A stretch of DNA of 47,732 nucleotides from a virus (Duplodnaviria; Heunggongvirae; Uroviricota; Caudoviricetes). The first letter of the stretch is position 1. Each line of letters opens with the position of its first letter. The translations under genes were made by a program, and so were the position numbers. This document shows positions 10,740 to 20,234 of this stretch, piece after piece. The notes below the pieces were generated by a model. It was given only the letters and a program-made list of their open reading frames with translations, searched no databases and was not told the DNA's origin. Location of the stretch: the IMG/VR virus record IMGVR_UViG_2562617057_000003. The stretch is one strand, 5' to 3'.

Positions 10740-11380
10740 TTGTCGGTGTACCTCTCTCGTTTGCTCAGTTGTTCAGGAATATGGTGCAGCAGCCCGCCGT
10801 CACCGCAGTAAATGGCGGCATGATTCGGCACCGATGAACCAAAACAGCACAGCAGCACATCGCCCGGCTGTGCCTCTGTCAGTGCGACACGGTAAAAACC
10901 CGTCACCTCCATATTGTCAAGATAGAGATTCTGACCGTGACGCCACCAGTCATCCCCGCGATGAAAATCCGGCATCTCAATCCCCGCCAGATGATAAGCA
11001 TCCCGGAACAGCGTGTAACAGTCCGTCACCCCGTGCTCAAAGCGCCGCCCGGTAAGATGCGGCACACAGCGGAATTTATGAATCTCACCCCGGCAGACCA
11101 GCCACCACGGCAAATCGCTCTGCACCTGCAGCCGCCTGTCAGCCTCACTCAGCCAGGGCAGACCACCGGGGTGGCTGTGGACCAGCGCCACAATCTCACC
11201 CTGCATCTCTGCCCGCAGCCAGTCCTCCGGCGACATCCGGAAATACGCCTCCGGCTCACCGGAGATATTCACGCAGGGAAAATATCTTTCCCCCTCCGGC
11301 GTTCTCACCACGAAGCCGCACAACTCCGCTGGCGCACATCGCCGGGCGTGCGCCAGAATCGCTGATTCTGTCTGTGTCAT
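10637..11380 (-). CDS. K: Tail assembly protein K (NlpC/P60 plus MPN-like)
   Basis: Starts MTQTESAILAHARRCAPAELCGFV at ATG 11380; the longer ORF-track start is an upstream extension overlapping L; 3' end overlaps I. Confidence 0.88.
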   Translation of the reverse strand: MTQTESAILAHARRCAPAELCGFVVRTPEGERYFPCVNISGEPEAYFRMSPEDWLRAEMQGEIVALVHSHPGGLPWLSEADRRLQVQSDLPWWLVCRGEIHKFRCVPHLTGRRFEHGVTDCYTLFRDAYHLAGIEMPDFHRGDDWWRHGQNLYLDNMEVTGFYRVALTEAQPGDVLLCCFGSSVPNHAAIYCGDGGLLHHIPEQLSKRERYTDKWQRRTHSLWRHRAWRASAFTGIYNDLVAASTFV

Positions 11381-11384
11381 GGAT

Positions 11385-12083
11385 TTACTGAGAAAGTTTA
11401 TTGATGGAAAGGAAACCGCCGAAATTACCGGTATTGTTGCGCAACTCACACCCGCGCATACACTTGCTGCATTTGTCCTTCCGGATATCCGTCGTTGGTT
11501 TGTCGAACTCGTCAGCCACTGCCCTGCCCGTGTAACCACACTCATCAGAACGGTAAGTCCACATACAGGTATTCGCCAGCATGATACGCCCCGGGAAAAC
11601 CGCGCCATCCGTCTCCGTTGGTGTGGCCAGCACAAAAGAGGCACTGACCGCGCTCAGTTCGCTGCACTGCTCGATGCGCCAGCGGCTGATCACCTCCTGT
11701 TCCGGATCGGCGTCGCTGTTTCCGTTGACGAAGTTCACCGCATCCAGAAAACGGGCGTAAACCTTACGCCGGACCACCGTTCCGCCGACCAGACTCTGCA
11801 GATCTTCCGCCATACCGGTGACCATGCCGTGCAGGTTAGAGACCGTCAGTGTCGGACGGGCAGCACAGCCCCTGCCGTTCAGTTCAAACCCCGACCCCTG
11901 AATGGGGTATGCCTGATACTGCCGCCCCTGCCAGGTGACCGGCTCACCTTTTTCGTTCTGCTCATTACAGAAAAAATAACGTTCTCCACCGACCACTGTC
12001 AGATCGATTTCCCAGAGCACCACCTGGGCTGACTGAGTGAGGCGTGTCGTCTCATGATGTGTTTCCTGTGGAATATCCTGCAT
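11385..12083 (-). CDS. L: Minor tail protein L
   Basis: 232 aa, lambda L-like (CxxC motifs CSKCMRGC). Confidence 0.92.
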   Translation of the reverse strand: MQDIPQETHHETTRLTQSAQVVLWEIDLTVVGGERYFFCNEQNEKGEPVTWQGRQYQAYPIQGSGFELNGRGCAARPTLTVSNLHGMVTGMAEDLQSLVGGTVVRRKVYARFLDAVNFVNGNSDADPEQEVISRWRIEQCSELSAVSASFVLATPTETDGAVFPGRIMLANTCMWTYRSDECGYTGRAVADEFDKPTTDIRKDKCSKCMRGCELRNNTGNFGGFLSINKLSQ

Positions 12084-12092
12084 CAGAGACTC

Positions 12093-12422
12093 CTATGCCA
12101 CGACCTGTTCAAAATCTGCCGTTATGGTTACCCACAACGCCCCCACGCTTGCCGACCATTTACGACAAACCACCCTGATCGGCTTCCAGTCATAAGGTGG
12201 CGTCCACTGAAATGCGCGGACGCCACCGTGCCGTTCCAGAAAGGCTTTTAAAGGTGGGTGTTCACCTTTACGAACACGTATCGTCACGCTGTAAGTCGAC
12301 AACTGGTTATTCAGTCCCGCCGCACGACGCTGTTCATAACCATCGCCCAGCTTCACTGTCACCACTTTCGGCTCTGATACCACATTCATATCCGGGCGCA
12401 CTTTCCAGTGAAACGTCTCCAT
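12093..12422 (-). CDS. M: Minor tail protein M
   Basis: 109 aa, lambda M-like; ATG overlaps the H stop (TAATG). Confidence 0.92.
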   Translation of the reverse strand: METFHWKVRPDMNVVSEPKVVTVKLGDGYEQRRAAGLNNQLSTYSVTIRVRKGEHPPLKAFLERHGGVRAFQWTPPYDWKPIRVVCRKWSASVGALWVTITADFEQVVA

Positions 12423-15400
12423 TACCGGTATGCTCCACTTAACCGGCCACCATCACGGGCCTGCTGTTGCATAAAGTCCGCGGCCGCTTTTTTCCCGAGG
12501 TCATAAACCACCTTCAGGGCAGCCGGACCTATCTGCCCGTTCGTGCCATCGTTATTGATCTCAATGTTGTACTGCGGGGCAAACATCACCATGCCTGAAC
12601 CACCAGTATCCGCCACAACCCCCAGCTTACCATCAGCACCGCGACGCAGTGGCAGAATGGCTTCAGGTCCCGCTTCCCCCATCACACCCGCGCCTTTTGC
12701 AAAAGCAAAAAACGTCGGACGGTTAACCACCGTGCCACTGTAGCGACTCAAATCAGCAGACTGGTAAACACCGCCATCAGCATTAGTCGTGAAGCCGAAT
12801 AAAGAACCGACGCCCTTTACCGCCTGCATCATGGCCATCTGTGCCATAATTCTGGCCATATCTGACAACAGGGAAGAGGTGAAGGATTTAAAATTCAGCT
12901 TACCGGTGGTACAGAATGTCGCCAGTGCATTACCGGCACTGCTGAATGCCACTGTAAACATCTGTTCTGCCGTTCCCGCCGCATTATCCGCATCCGCCGT
13001 AAAATTCTGAAACGCCCGCATGGCACCGTTTTTCCAGTCGCCCTGCGCCACTTCCAGTTCCTGCCAGTAGCGTTTGTTTTCATTCAGTTGTCGCTTCAGG
13101 CTCCCCTTCAGCACCTCCTCAGCCCTCCGGTAGTCCTCCGTCCCGTAAGTGCCTTTCTGGCGACTGTCATTCTCAAGCTGTTGCAACTGTTGCCGGTATT
13201 CCTGCCGGATGCGCAACTGTGCCTGGTAGCGCTGCCGCTGCTTATCCCCCATACCTGCAGTGGCAATATCCAGATTGTGCTGCTCACGCAGTGCACGTTC
13301 TTTGTCTGCCAGCTGGCTGGTCAGCTGAACCGTTTTTTTTCTCAGGTCGTTAAGCGCTGTCTGTTTCTGCAGCTCCTGCTGTTTCACATCCAGCAGCGTC
13401 AGCGCCTGAATCAGCTCATTCTTACGGGCCAGCACACTCTTTTCATCTGCCGTCAGCTTTTTCCCGTCCAGGTCGCTGATGCGCTGCTGCAGGGCCAGAA
13501 GCTGTTTATGCGCTTCAGTCATCCTTTCAGTGGCAATGCCTGCTGACTGTCTGGCAGCAGCAATCTGCCCTTCCACCTGTGCCTGCTGCTGACTGTACTG
13601 CAGCAATAACCGGGTGGCCTCATCATTACGGGTTGCCCGTGTATTTTTCTTAATGGCTTTTTCGTAACGTTCATTTTCACGCTGTATCGCCGCATCCCTG
13701 ACAGCCTGGTCGGCGTACTGCATGGCATTAATACGCGCAATTTCCCGCTGATGTCGTGCAGCTTCCGTTTCATTCATCCGGTTCAGCGCGGCATTTTCAG
13801 CATTCCGGCGTTTCTGTTGCTCCTGGTAATTCCGTTCTGCCTGCGCTTTTGCATCCTGCAAATCCTTCCGGCGTTTTTTCTCCTGAAGATCGTTAAGACG
13901 CTGCTGATCGTACTCCACCTGTGTGGAGGCGTTTGTCCACGGATATTTTTTCGCGCGCTGAATTTTTTCCTGTAACGCATCAATCTGCGCATCCAGCGAG
14001 TCTTCACGACCAATATTCATGGCCGCATCCCAGAACTGCTTCCACCAGTCAGACAAGGTTTGCAGCGTACTACCCAGCGCATTGAGATTATTATCAATAT
14101 CAGATGTGCGTTTACCGGTTTCCTCTGCCAGCGCAGACATGGCGATCCGGGCCGCATCACTGGACCGCCCCTGCTCCCCAAGGACGCGTATCTGCTCAAG
14201 CTGAGTGGCAGTCAAAAAATGCAGCGCATTGTCCAGCGCCTTCGCGGCATTTACAGGATCATCCTTCAGCCGCTTAAACTGATTTATGGTATCGCTGACC
14301 GACTGGCCAACCGATCGCTCCATCTGTGCGGCAGCTTTCGCCACCATACCAATATCGTTTCCATGAAATGCCCCACTGCCCACCACCTGTGCCAGCGCAC
14401 CGGCTGCCGCATGTTGCGTGATACCATTCCCGGATATGGCCCGGCTGAGTTTCCACAACTGCCCGACAGTGACACCGGCATAATGTCCCGTCAGCGCCAG
14501 CTGACGGTTAAATTCCTCGCCCTCCTTCCGGCCGTCATGCCAGGCTTTACCCAGACCCAGGACCGCCGCGACAAGTCCGCCAATAACGCCGCCAGTCATC
14601 ATGCCTTTCGGCGACATCAGTGCGCCTGTCCATCCGGCACGGTTAGCCAGCGTTATCCCGGATCCCCTCAGCGCACCAAAATTGCCGCGCGCCATCTGAC
14701 TGATTAACACCCCCAGCTCCCGCCGGGCTGCCGCACTTTTCAGCCCCAGCGAATGTGTGGCTTTTCCTGCCCGCTCCATTTTGCGGATATACACTTCTGC
14801 AGCACTGCTTACCCCCAGCTGAGCCGCCCTGGCGCGAAGCAACTCAGAAGACGACAGATTCTGGCGGGTTGCCTGCTCTTTAAGCTGGCGGATAAACGCC
14901 GCTTTCTGCCGGGTGGCCTGTTCCTCTGCCTGCGTCAGGGCACGGGTTTTCGCCGTGATCTCCGAAATCAGCGCCAGATAATCCTGCTGACCAACCCCGC
15001 CACTGTTTCTGGCCTGTCGGATCTGCTGCTGAATACGCTGTAATTCCTGAAGCCCCGCACCGGCCTGTTTCACACTGTCAATCTGGCGATAAAAGGCGGC
15101 AGCCGCTTTATCCTGCGCCTCCGCCAGTGCCCTGGCCTGCGCCTGTTCCTCGAGCATTTTCTGATTCAGGGCATCCACGCGCAGACGGGTTTGTTCCACC
15201 TCACGGGCCATGCGTTCATGAGCCCGTGCGTTCTTTTCCACCGTCTGCGCATGGGCTGATGCTGCTGTTGCAGCCGAAGAAGCCGCCTGCATTGTCTGCC
15301 GGGCCGCCTGAGTCTGACGCTCCATAAAACGCTGCATACGGGCAGAAGACCGTTCTGCATCGCTGGCTGCACCATTCAGAAGGTTTTTGATACGGGGAAT

Positions 15401-15463
15401 TTCATTTTTAAACTCTGCCGCATCAATCCCCAAATCAATGACCAGGTTGGCTATCTGGTCCAT
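12422..15463 (-). CDS. H: Tail tape measure protein H
   Basis: About 1013 aa, coiled-coil rich; C-terminus INNDGTNGQIGPAALKVVYDLGKK...RDGG matches lambda H; ATG at 15463 with RBS GGAGG 8 nt upstream (ORF track starts at an upstream TTG). Confidence 0.88.
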   Translation of the reverse strand: MDQIANLVIDLGIDAAEFKNEIPRIKNLLNGAASDAERSSARMQRFMERQTQAARQTMQAASSAATAASAHAQTVEKNARAHERMAREVEQTRLRVDALNQKMLEEQAQARALAEAQDKAAAAFYRQIDSVKQAGAGLQELQRIQQQIRQARNSGGVGQQDYLALISEITAKTRALTQAEEQATRQKAAFIRQLKEQATRQNLSSSELLRARAAQLGVSSAAEVYIRKMERAGKATHSLGLKSAAARRELGVLISQMARGNFGALRGSGITLANRAGWTGALMSPKGMMTGGVIGGLVAAVLGLGKAWHDGRKEGEEFNRQLALTGHYAGVTVGQLWKLSRAISGNGITQHAAAGALAQVVGSGAFHGNDIGMVAKAAAQMERSVGQSVSDTINQFKRLKDDPVNAAKALDNALHFLTATQLEQIRVLGEQGRSSDAARIAMSALAEETGKRTSDIDNNLNALGSTLQTLSDWWKQFWDAAMNIGREDSLDAQIDALQEKIQRAKKYPWTNASTQVEYDQQRLNDLQEKKRRKDLQDAKAQAERNYQEQQKRRNAENAALNRMNETEAARHQREIARINAMQYADQAVRDAAIQRENERYEKAIKKNTRATRNDEATRLLLQYSQQQAQVEGQIAAARQSAGIATERMTEAHKQLLALQQRISDLDGKKLTADEKSVLARKNELIQALTLLDVKQQELQKQTALNDLRKKTVQLTSQLADKERALREQHNLDIATAGMGDKQRQRYQAQLRIRQEYRQQLQQLENDSRQKGTYGTEDYRRAEEVLKGSLKRQLNENKRYWQELEVAQGDWKNGAMRAFQNFTADADNAAGTAEQMFTVAFSSAGNALATFCTTGKLNFKSFTSSLLSDMARIMAQMAMMQAVKGVGSLFGFTTNADGGVYQSADLSRYSGTVVNRPTFFAFAKGAGVMGEAGPEAILPLRRGADGKLGVVADTGGSGMVMFAPQYNIEINNDGTNGQIGPAALKVVYDLGKKAAADFMQQQARDGGRLSGAYR

Positions 15464-16159
15464 AACGCACACCTCCGGAAATACCTTCCCCAAGATGCAT
15501 CAGTTCTTCGTCCGTTCGCTCCGGTATCCCGTTCTCTTCCGGTAAAAGGCTGAAATCAGCCACCGCAGCATCGCTGCTGCCGGACACCATTCTCACGATC
15601 AATGCCTTCAGCGAGGCAAACTGCGCATCCATCCACACATCACTGAAGCTCTGCATCCGGAAATAATCGCCCCACTCACCAAGCTCAGTGGCCGACATTT
15701 CCGACAGCATCCGCCGCCAGTCTGCCCGCCGGAACTCCCGGGCAAGCCGCATGACAAACTGCATTTCCCGCGTCAGGACTTTTCCGGCGTCAGCGCCTCA
15801 TGATCATCATCCCCGGCATTCTCAATGGTCCCCATACCGCTCAGCGACAGAACCCTCTCCGCCCCCGCGCCCAGCGCATCATACGACCATGTTGTCATAA
15901 TGGATGCGCAAAGCGTCTCAACATCCTGAGACTGCTCAGCATTCCACAGTGAGCGGGAAACCAGCCAGGCATTGATATCCATTCCCATACGCAGAAAAGC
16001 AATCTGTCGTTCAGCCTCCGGCAGTTCTCCCTCCTGTGCATCAAACTTTGCCGTTCGCTGCTGAACAAACGTCAGATATTCAATTCTCTGCAGCCCGGAC
16101 AGCTCACTGAGCACCACGGACTGTTTTTCATAATTAAACGTATCCTGTTTCAGAAACAT
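15435..16159 (-). CDS. T: G-T tail assembly chaperone made by programmed -1 frameshift (T frame 15435-15785)
   Basis: -1 frame ORF GKVLTREMQFVMRLAREF...GGVRYGPDSQPGH overlaps the 3' end of G; shifty site GGAAAAG at 15779-15785 (lambda uses GGGAAAG). Confidence 0.7.
15773..16159 (-). CDS. G: Tail assembly chaperone G
   Basis: MFLKQDTFNYEKQSVVLSELSGLQRIEYLTFVQ... resembles lambda G; second ATG of ATGATG chosen for RBS GGAG spacing. Confidence 0.85.
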   Translation of the reverse strand: MFLKQDTFNYEKQSVVLSELSGLQRIEYLTFVQQRTAKFDAQEGELPEAERQIAFLRMGMDINAWLVSRSLWNAEQSQDVETLCASIMTTWSYDALGAGAERVLSLSGMGTIENAGDDDHEALTPEKS

Positions 16160-16217
16160 CATGTTCTCCGGATGCAAAAAGCCCCGGATAACCGGGGCAA
16201 TGATGAGTATCGTCCTG

Positions 16218-16958
16218 TTATGGTGCGCTGACGGTCACCGCAGCCACTGCCACAAACTCTCCGTCAGAGGTCATGCCCACGATGCTGACACTGCCCTGCT
16301 TCACGCCTTTCACCGTGGCCACAAGCCCGCTCAGGGTCACCGAAGCAGTCTGAGGATCTGACGAATGCACACTGATCGCTTTGTCACTGGCCCCGTCAGG
16401 TTTTACTGTAAAGGTCAGCGTGGTGGTTGCTCCCGCTTTGACACTGGCAGATGCCGGTGCCACCGTCAGCCCGGTAACGCCCACGGTTTCAGTGCCTTCC
16501 TCTGCCAGATACGGACGCCCCACACCGCTGATTTTCACAGTGCGGGTCATCACGTCTTTTGAGGCAATGGTTTTACCCAGTGAGCTCAGCCAGCCGCGGA
16601 AAACATCAACAGTGCCGTTGGGATATTTGATACGAAACGCGCAGACTTCACCGGAGTCGAACAACTGAACCAGTTTTTTCTGCCCGCTGTCACCCGGACG
16701 CCAGGCCAGCGTCGCCGAAGTATCACCAACGGATTTCTGCCCCTGGGTTGTCGTTTTCCAGTCTGCATCTTCATCATCGAGATAAGTGTCATCTTCTGCA
16801 TCAGCGGTCATTTCGCCAGGTTGCAGATCCTTCACCATCGCAAGACGCAGCCAGTCAGTGTCCGACAAAGGGTTCGCAAACGCATCGCCCTTGCCGGTGT
16901 ACATCCAGAACGTCGTTCCCGCACCTTTCGTTTTTGCCAGTGGATTTGGTGTGGTCAT
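16218..16958 (-). CDS. V: Major tail protein V
   Basis: Starts MTTPNPLAKTKGAGTTFWMY at ATG 16958 with strong RBS AAGGAGGTG; lambda V-like with C-terminal Ig-like domain. Confidence 0.9.
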   Translation of the reverse strand: MTTPNPLAKTKGAGTTFWMYTGKGDAFANPLSDTDWLRLAMVKDLQPGEMTADAEDDTYLDDEDADWKTTTQGQKSVGDTSATLAWRPGDSGQKKLVQLFDSGEVCAFRIKYPNGTVDVFRGWLSSLGKTIASKDVMTRTVKISGVGRPYLAEEGTETVGVTGLTVAPASASVKAGATTTLTFTVKPDGASDKAISVHSSDPQTASVTLSGLVATVKGVKQGSVSIVGMTSDGEFVAVAAVTVSAP

Positions 16959-16968
16959 TGCCACCTCC

Positions 16969-17370
16969 TTAATTCGTGTACGTGATCTGGTACGTGATTT
17001 CCGCCATCGCCCAGGTGGCCATCTCATTATCACGTTGATAGTTAAAACCGAGTGGGATCAGGGTGTCGATGAGTCCGGAAAATGCAGGTACATCATTCAG
17101 GGCCGGGAAAATGGTGCTCTCCATCCACATATCCAGCTCTGAATCCGGTGCCTGTGCCCGGATGAAGACGGCAATATGCAGAACAGCCTGCCAGTCATCT
17201 TCATCCGTCATTTTTCCGGTGTACTGAGCATCACTCAGCCACACCGCCACGGCAGGCAGTTCCTGCGCATCAATAAATGCCGGAAGCCCGTCAAAAAACG
17301 TGGCGCTGTCTCCACACTGTTCCCGAAGGCGTGCCAGTACGACCTGGCGGATCTGTGTATGTCGGTTCAT
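16969..17370 (-). CDS. U: Tail terminator protein U
   Basis: MNRHTQIRQVVLARL...ATFFDG...PAVAVWL...DMWMES lambda U-like; ATG 17370 overlaps the Z stop (ATGA). Confidence 0.88.
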   Translation of the reverse strand: MNRHTQIRQVVLARLREQCGDSATFFDGLPAFIDAQELPAVAVWLSDAQYTGKMTDEDDWQAVLHIAVFIRAQAPDSELDMWMESTIFPALNDVPAFSGLIDTLIPLGFNYQRDNEMATWAMAEITYQITYTN

Positions 17371-17954
17371 CGGGTCAGCCATAACCTCAGTTGTTGTTTC
17401 AGGGCATACTCCAGCTGTTTCGGCATTTCCGCAGCAATGATGCGGTCGCGGGCATCTTCAAATGCCTGTGTCAGCGGTCCGGACATCGGGATTTTCACCA
17501 CATCAATGGGGTAACGATTTTTGCCGTCAATACGCCGCATCACATGCCAGCGACCATTCGCCAGTTGCTGAATAAACGCATCCCGGAAAAGGTATTTCCC
17601 CACTTTCAGTACGCTGCCACGATGACGTGAGTTGCTGCCATGCCGGGAGCGGGCCAGTCTGACCTGTGCGGTACCCAGCTTAATGGCGGGCAGGTTACCC
17701 CGGTTAACACGCATGCGGGCATACATTTTTCCTGAGGGGCTGGCTTTAAGCAGCCTGACACGCTCCCTGACCGTTTTCAGGGGAATACCTTTCACCTGGT
17801 TATCCCCGGCAACGGTATTCTGCGCAACCTGCCGTGTGGCGACAGAAATAATCTTTGCCGCCACACGGTTTACCGCCCATGCGCTGGCCTGTGGCACCAT
17901 GCGGGTATCGAGGCTGTTCAGATTGCGGATGGCATTCTCAAGTCCCTTCATCAT
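17367..17954 (-). CDS. Z: Tail completion protein Z
   Basis: 195 aa, MMKGLENAIRNLN... lambda Z-like. Confidence 0.88.
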   Translation of the reverse strand: MMKGLENAIRNLNSLDTRMVPQASAWAVNRVAAKIISVATRQVAQNTVAGDNQVKGIPLKTVRERVRLLKASPSGKMYARMRVNRGNLPAIKLGTAQVRLARSRHGSNSRHRGSVLKVGKYLFRDAFIQQLANGRWHVMRRIDGKNRYPIDVVKIPMSGPLTQAFEDARDRIIAAEMPKQLEYALKQQLRLWLTR

Positions 17955-18315
17955 ATCGCCTCATTCTGGCATTATTCTGTGGGGCAGGACTGCCCCGCCT
18001 TAACCGGATATAACAGCATCCCCCGTCATCCGGAGTAATACGATCCACAAAGAAAGAATCATCCCCGATAGTTAACGTATCCTGACGGCGTAACTGCGAT
18101 ATATCTGCCGTTTTCACAAACAGGCACGGTGAGGAATCCTCAAGCCGGATCCCCCCGGCAACAAAAGAAATACTTTCGGGATCATCAAAAACCCCTGTCA
18201 GGTGTGTCCCCTCAAGTTCTCCGGACGTAATGACGGCGCTGATCCCCATATCACGGAGAATGACTTCATTGACACCGGCAAGCGCAGCATCAAACAGATT
18301 ATCGAAACCGTCCAC
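17938..18315 (-). CDS. FII: Head-tail joining protein FII
   Basis: (GTG start) DGFDNLFDAALAGVNEVILRDMG...VFDDPESIS...DTLTIGDDSFFVDRITPDDGG lambda FII-like; RBS AGGAG 5 nt upstream. Confidence 0.85.
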   Translation of the reverse strand: MDGFDNLFDAALAGVNEVILRDMGISAVITSGELEGTHLTGVFDDPESISFVAGGIRLEDSSPCLFVKTADISQLRRQDTLTIGDDSFFVDRITPDDGGCCYIRLRRGSPAPQNNARMRRYDEGT

Positions 18316-18326
18316 GACATCTCCTG

Positions 18327-18713
18327 TTACTGCCTTTTTGCCAGACCACCTGCCGCCATGCTGGCCGCCACCTCAGCAGAAACACGAAACGACGTTCCCG
18401 GTGAAACAAATATCACTGAACCATTACATTTTGTATGCAGTGTCGCCAGTGCCACCACCGTAACCTGCCCCGTTTCGTCTCCGGTAACAATGCCTGGCTG
18501 TTCAGGAACTGACTCGCCTTTATGCGCGGTCGGATCATCTTTCGATGGTGAGTACGTATCCGGCTCTGCGACCTCCCCCGCATCTCCAAGCTCTTCCTCC
18601 AGTTCCGCCACTCGCTGCGCAATATCTGCCGCACTACCGGAGACATCCGGTTCACGCCCCAGCCTCTCAGCCAGCTCACAAAGACGTTTCAGGTTTTCTT
18701 CTTTCGTAGCCAT
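18327..18713 (-). CDS. FI-like DNA-packaging / head accessory protein
   Basis: MATKEENLKRLCELAERLGREPDVSGSAADIAQRVAELEEELGD resembles the lambda FI N-terminus; ATG 18713 with RBS AGGAG. Confidence 0.7.
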   Translation of the reverse strand: MATKEENLKRLCELAERLGREPDVSGSAADIAQRVAELEEELGDAGEVAEPDTYSPSKDDPTAHKGESVPEQPGIVTGDETGQVTVVALATLHTKCNGSVIFVSPGTSFRVSAEVAASMAAGGLAKRQ

Positions 18714-18764
18714 ACCCGCTCCTGATTGAATGAAAAACGGGAGCATTTAGCTCCCGCTCACGGA

Positions 18765-19793
18765 TTATTTCACCTGCACCACCACAAACTCATCCGGATC
18801 CGGCAGCACCATCAGCGGCGCGGACTGCGTCATGGTGAATTCACGCGCCGGATCACCCACGGTCAGCCAGTGTTTCGGATAACGGGAAGACGCCACCACG
18901 CCTTCAGACAATGCCTGCGCATCCTGAATGGCACCGTAGCAACGAATACCCTCTGCGGCCGTATTTCCCAGTACCAGTGTGCCGTCCGGCAGATAACGTT
19001 TTTCGGTACCGTCCTCTGCCACATAGGACGTTTTTGCCACCACGATTGCCAGATCACCATAATACCCTTTGAAGGACACCACCGCCCCCAGGTCTTTCAC
19101 TGCCGTTTCCAGCTGTGAATTTGAGCCACGACGGGTATCCAGTTTTTCGCGGAACAGCTTAAAGCCATTCAGCAGACGCCAGACCTTACCATCCATAATG
19201 GCAATATTGATGGTGCCGGAAGCAAAATCACAGTACGCATCCAGATCATGCGTCGGATCAAAGGTATCGCGGTCCTGAGCGCTCCACTCCGTCCCTCCTG
19301 CCTGCGTAATGTTATTTTCCACCGACCGGCCAAAATCGACCTCAACAGTTTCAAACTGCTCTCCTTCCATGGTGTATTTGCCATACAGCACGGCATTCAC
19401 CGCCTGCATCTCTTCCACCTGGACAATGGCGTGCTCTTCCTGTTTGAGGTTATCGGTGATGATACGCAGGCGACGGTAAGCCGGGTCGTTCAGCTGGGCC
19501 GGATCTTCACCGGGAAGACGCTCCACCGCCTGCTGGTAATTAAATTCGTGTTTCGGCTTAACGTAGCCCGGGCGCAGTACACGAGTTTCACCGCCACGGT
19601 GACGCAACACCTTTCCTTCAACAACCGGGGAGACATAGGCCGCCACCGGCGTTTTTCCGGTAATTTTGTCCAGCATTACCTCTTCGGTATGGAAATTCAC
19701 CGTACGGCGGAAAAACAGCTCCAGAAACAGCGCACGAAATTTAACTTTTTGTTCGGTATAACCGAGTAACTGGCGGGTCGTAAACAATCCCAT
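18765..19793 (-). CDS. E: Major capsid protein E
   Basis: 342 aa, lambda E-like over full length (…SPVVEGKVLRHRGGETRVLRPGYVKPKHE…DPAREFTMTQSAPLMVLPDPDEFVVVQVK). Confidence 0.93.
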   Translation of the reverse strand: MGLFTTRQLLGYTEQKVKFRALFLELFFRRTVNFHTEEVMLDKITGKTPVAAYVSPVVEGKVLRHRGGETRVLRPGYVKPKHEFNYQQAVERLPGEDPAQLNDPAYRRLRIITDNLKQEEHAIVQVEEMQAVNAVLYGKYTMEGEQFETVEVDFGRSVENNITQAGGTEWSAQDRDTFDPTHDLDAYCDFASGTINIAIMDGKVWRLLNGFKLFREKLDTRRGSNSQLETAVKDLGAVVSFKGYYGDLAIVVAKTSYVAEDGTEKRYLPDGTLVLGNTAAEGIRCYGAIQDAQALSEGVVASSRYPKHWLTVGDPAREFTMTQSAPLMVLPDPDEFVVVQVK

Positions 19794-19850
19794 AAATCAG
19801 TTCCTTTCATTCAGAAATCAGTCAGGCCACCGCAGTGACCTGATAACGTG

Positions 19851-20198
19851 TTACGGCAGCGCCGCGTGACTCAGGGCGCTGCCGGCAAAGGCATTCGCCT
19901 TTTTGTGTGTATCCACTCTCTCAGGCCAGTGGATGGCCTCCGTCGCAAAGGTCCCCGACTTGTAATACGTCAGCACCGTCTCTGTACCTTCAAGCGGCAG
20001 TACCAGTATGCCAACCGCATGGCCTGCCTTCTGTCCGTCCCAGACCACCAGTTTCCCGGTATCCTCATCCAGCATCAGGGGCGTCAGAGCCGGTGTTGCC
20101 GAGGAAATCCCGCTGCTGCCTGTAGCGGTATGGGCCGGATCATTACCGGCAAAAATACGTACTTCCGCACGCTGTTCAGTGATGGTTTTCGTTACCAT
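19851..20198 (-). CDS. D: Head decoration protein D
   Basis: 115 aa, ...NDPAHTATGSSGISSATPALTPLMLDEDTGKLVVWDG...AVGILV lambda D-like. Confidence 0.88.
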   Translation of the reverse strand: MVTKTITEQRAEVRIFAGNDPAHTATGSSGISSATPALTPLMLDEDTGKLVVWDGQKAGHAVGILVLPLEGTETVLTYYKSGTFATEAIHWPERVDTHKKANAFAGSALSHAALP

Positions 20199-20234
20199 AT
20201 TGTAAAAACCTCATATTGATGGTCAGCACTGACT

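Noticed and set aside
14060-14707. 215-aa plus-strand ORF and other ORFs antisense to the tape measure gene H
   Set aside because: Antisense to a confidently identified gene; no start or RBS context and a compositionally biased translation.
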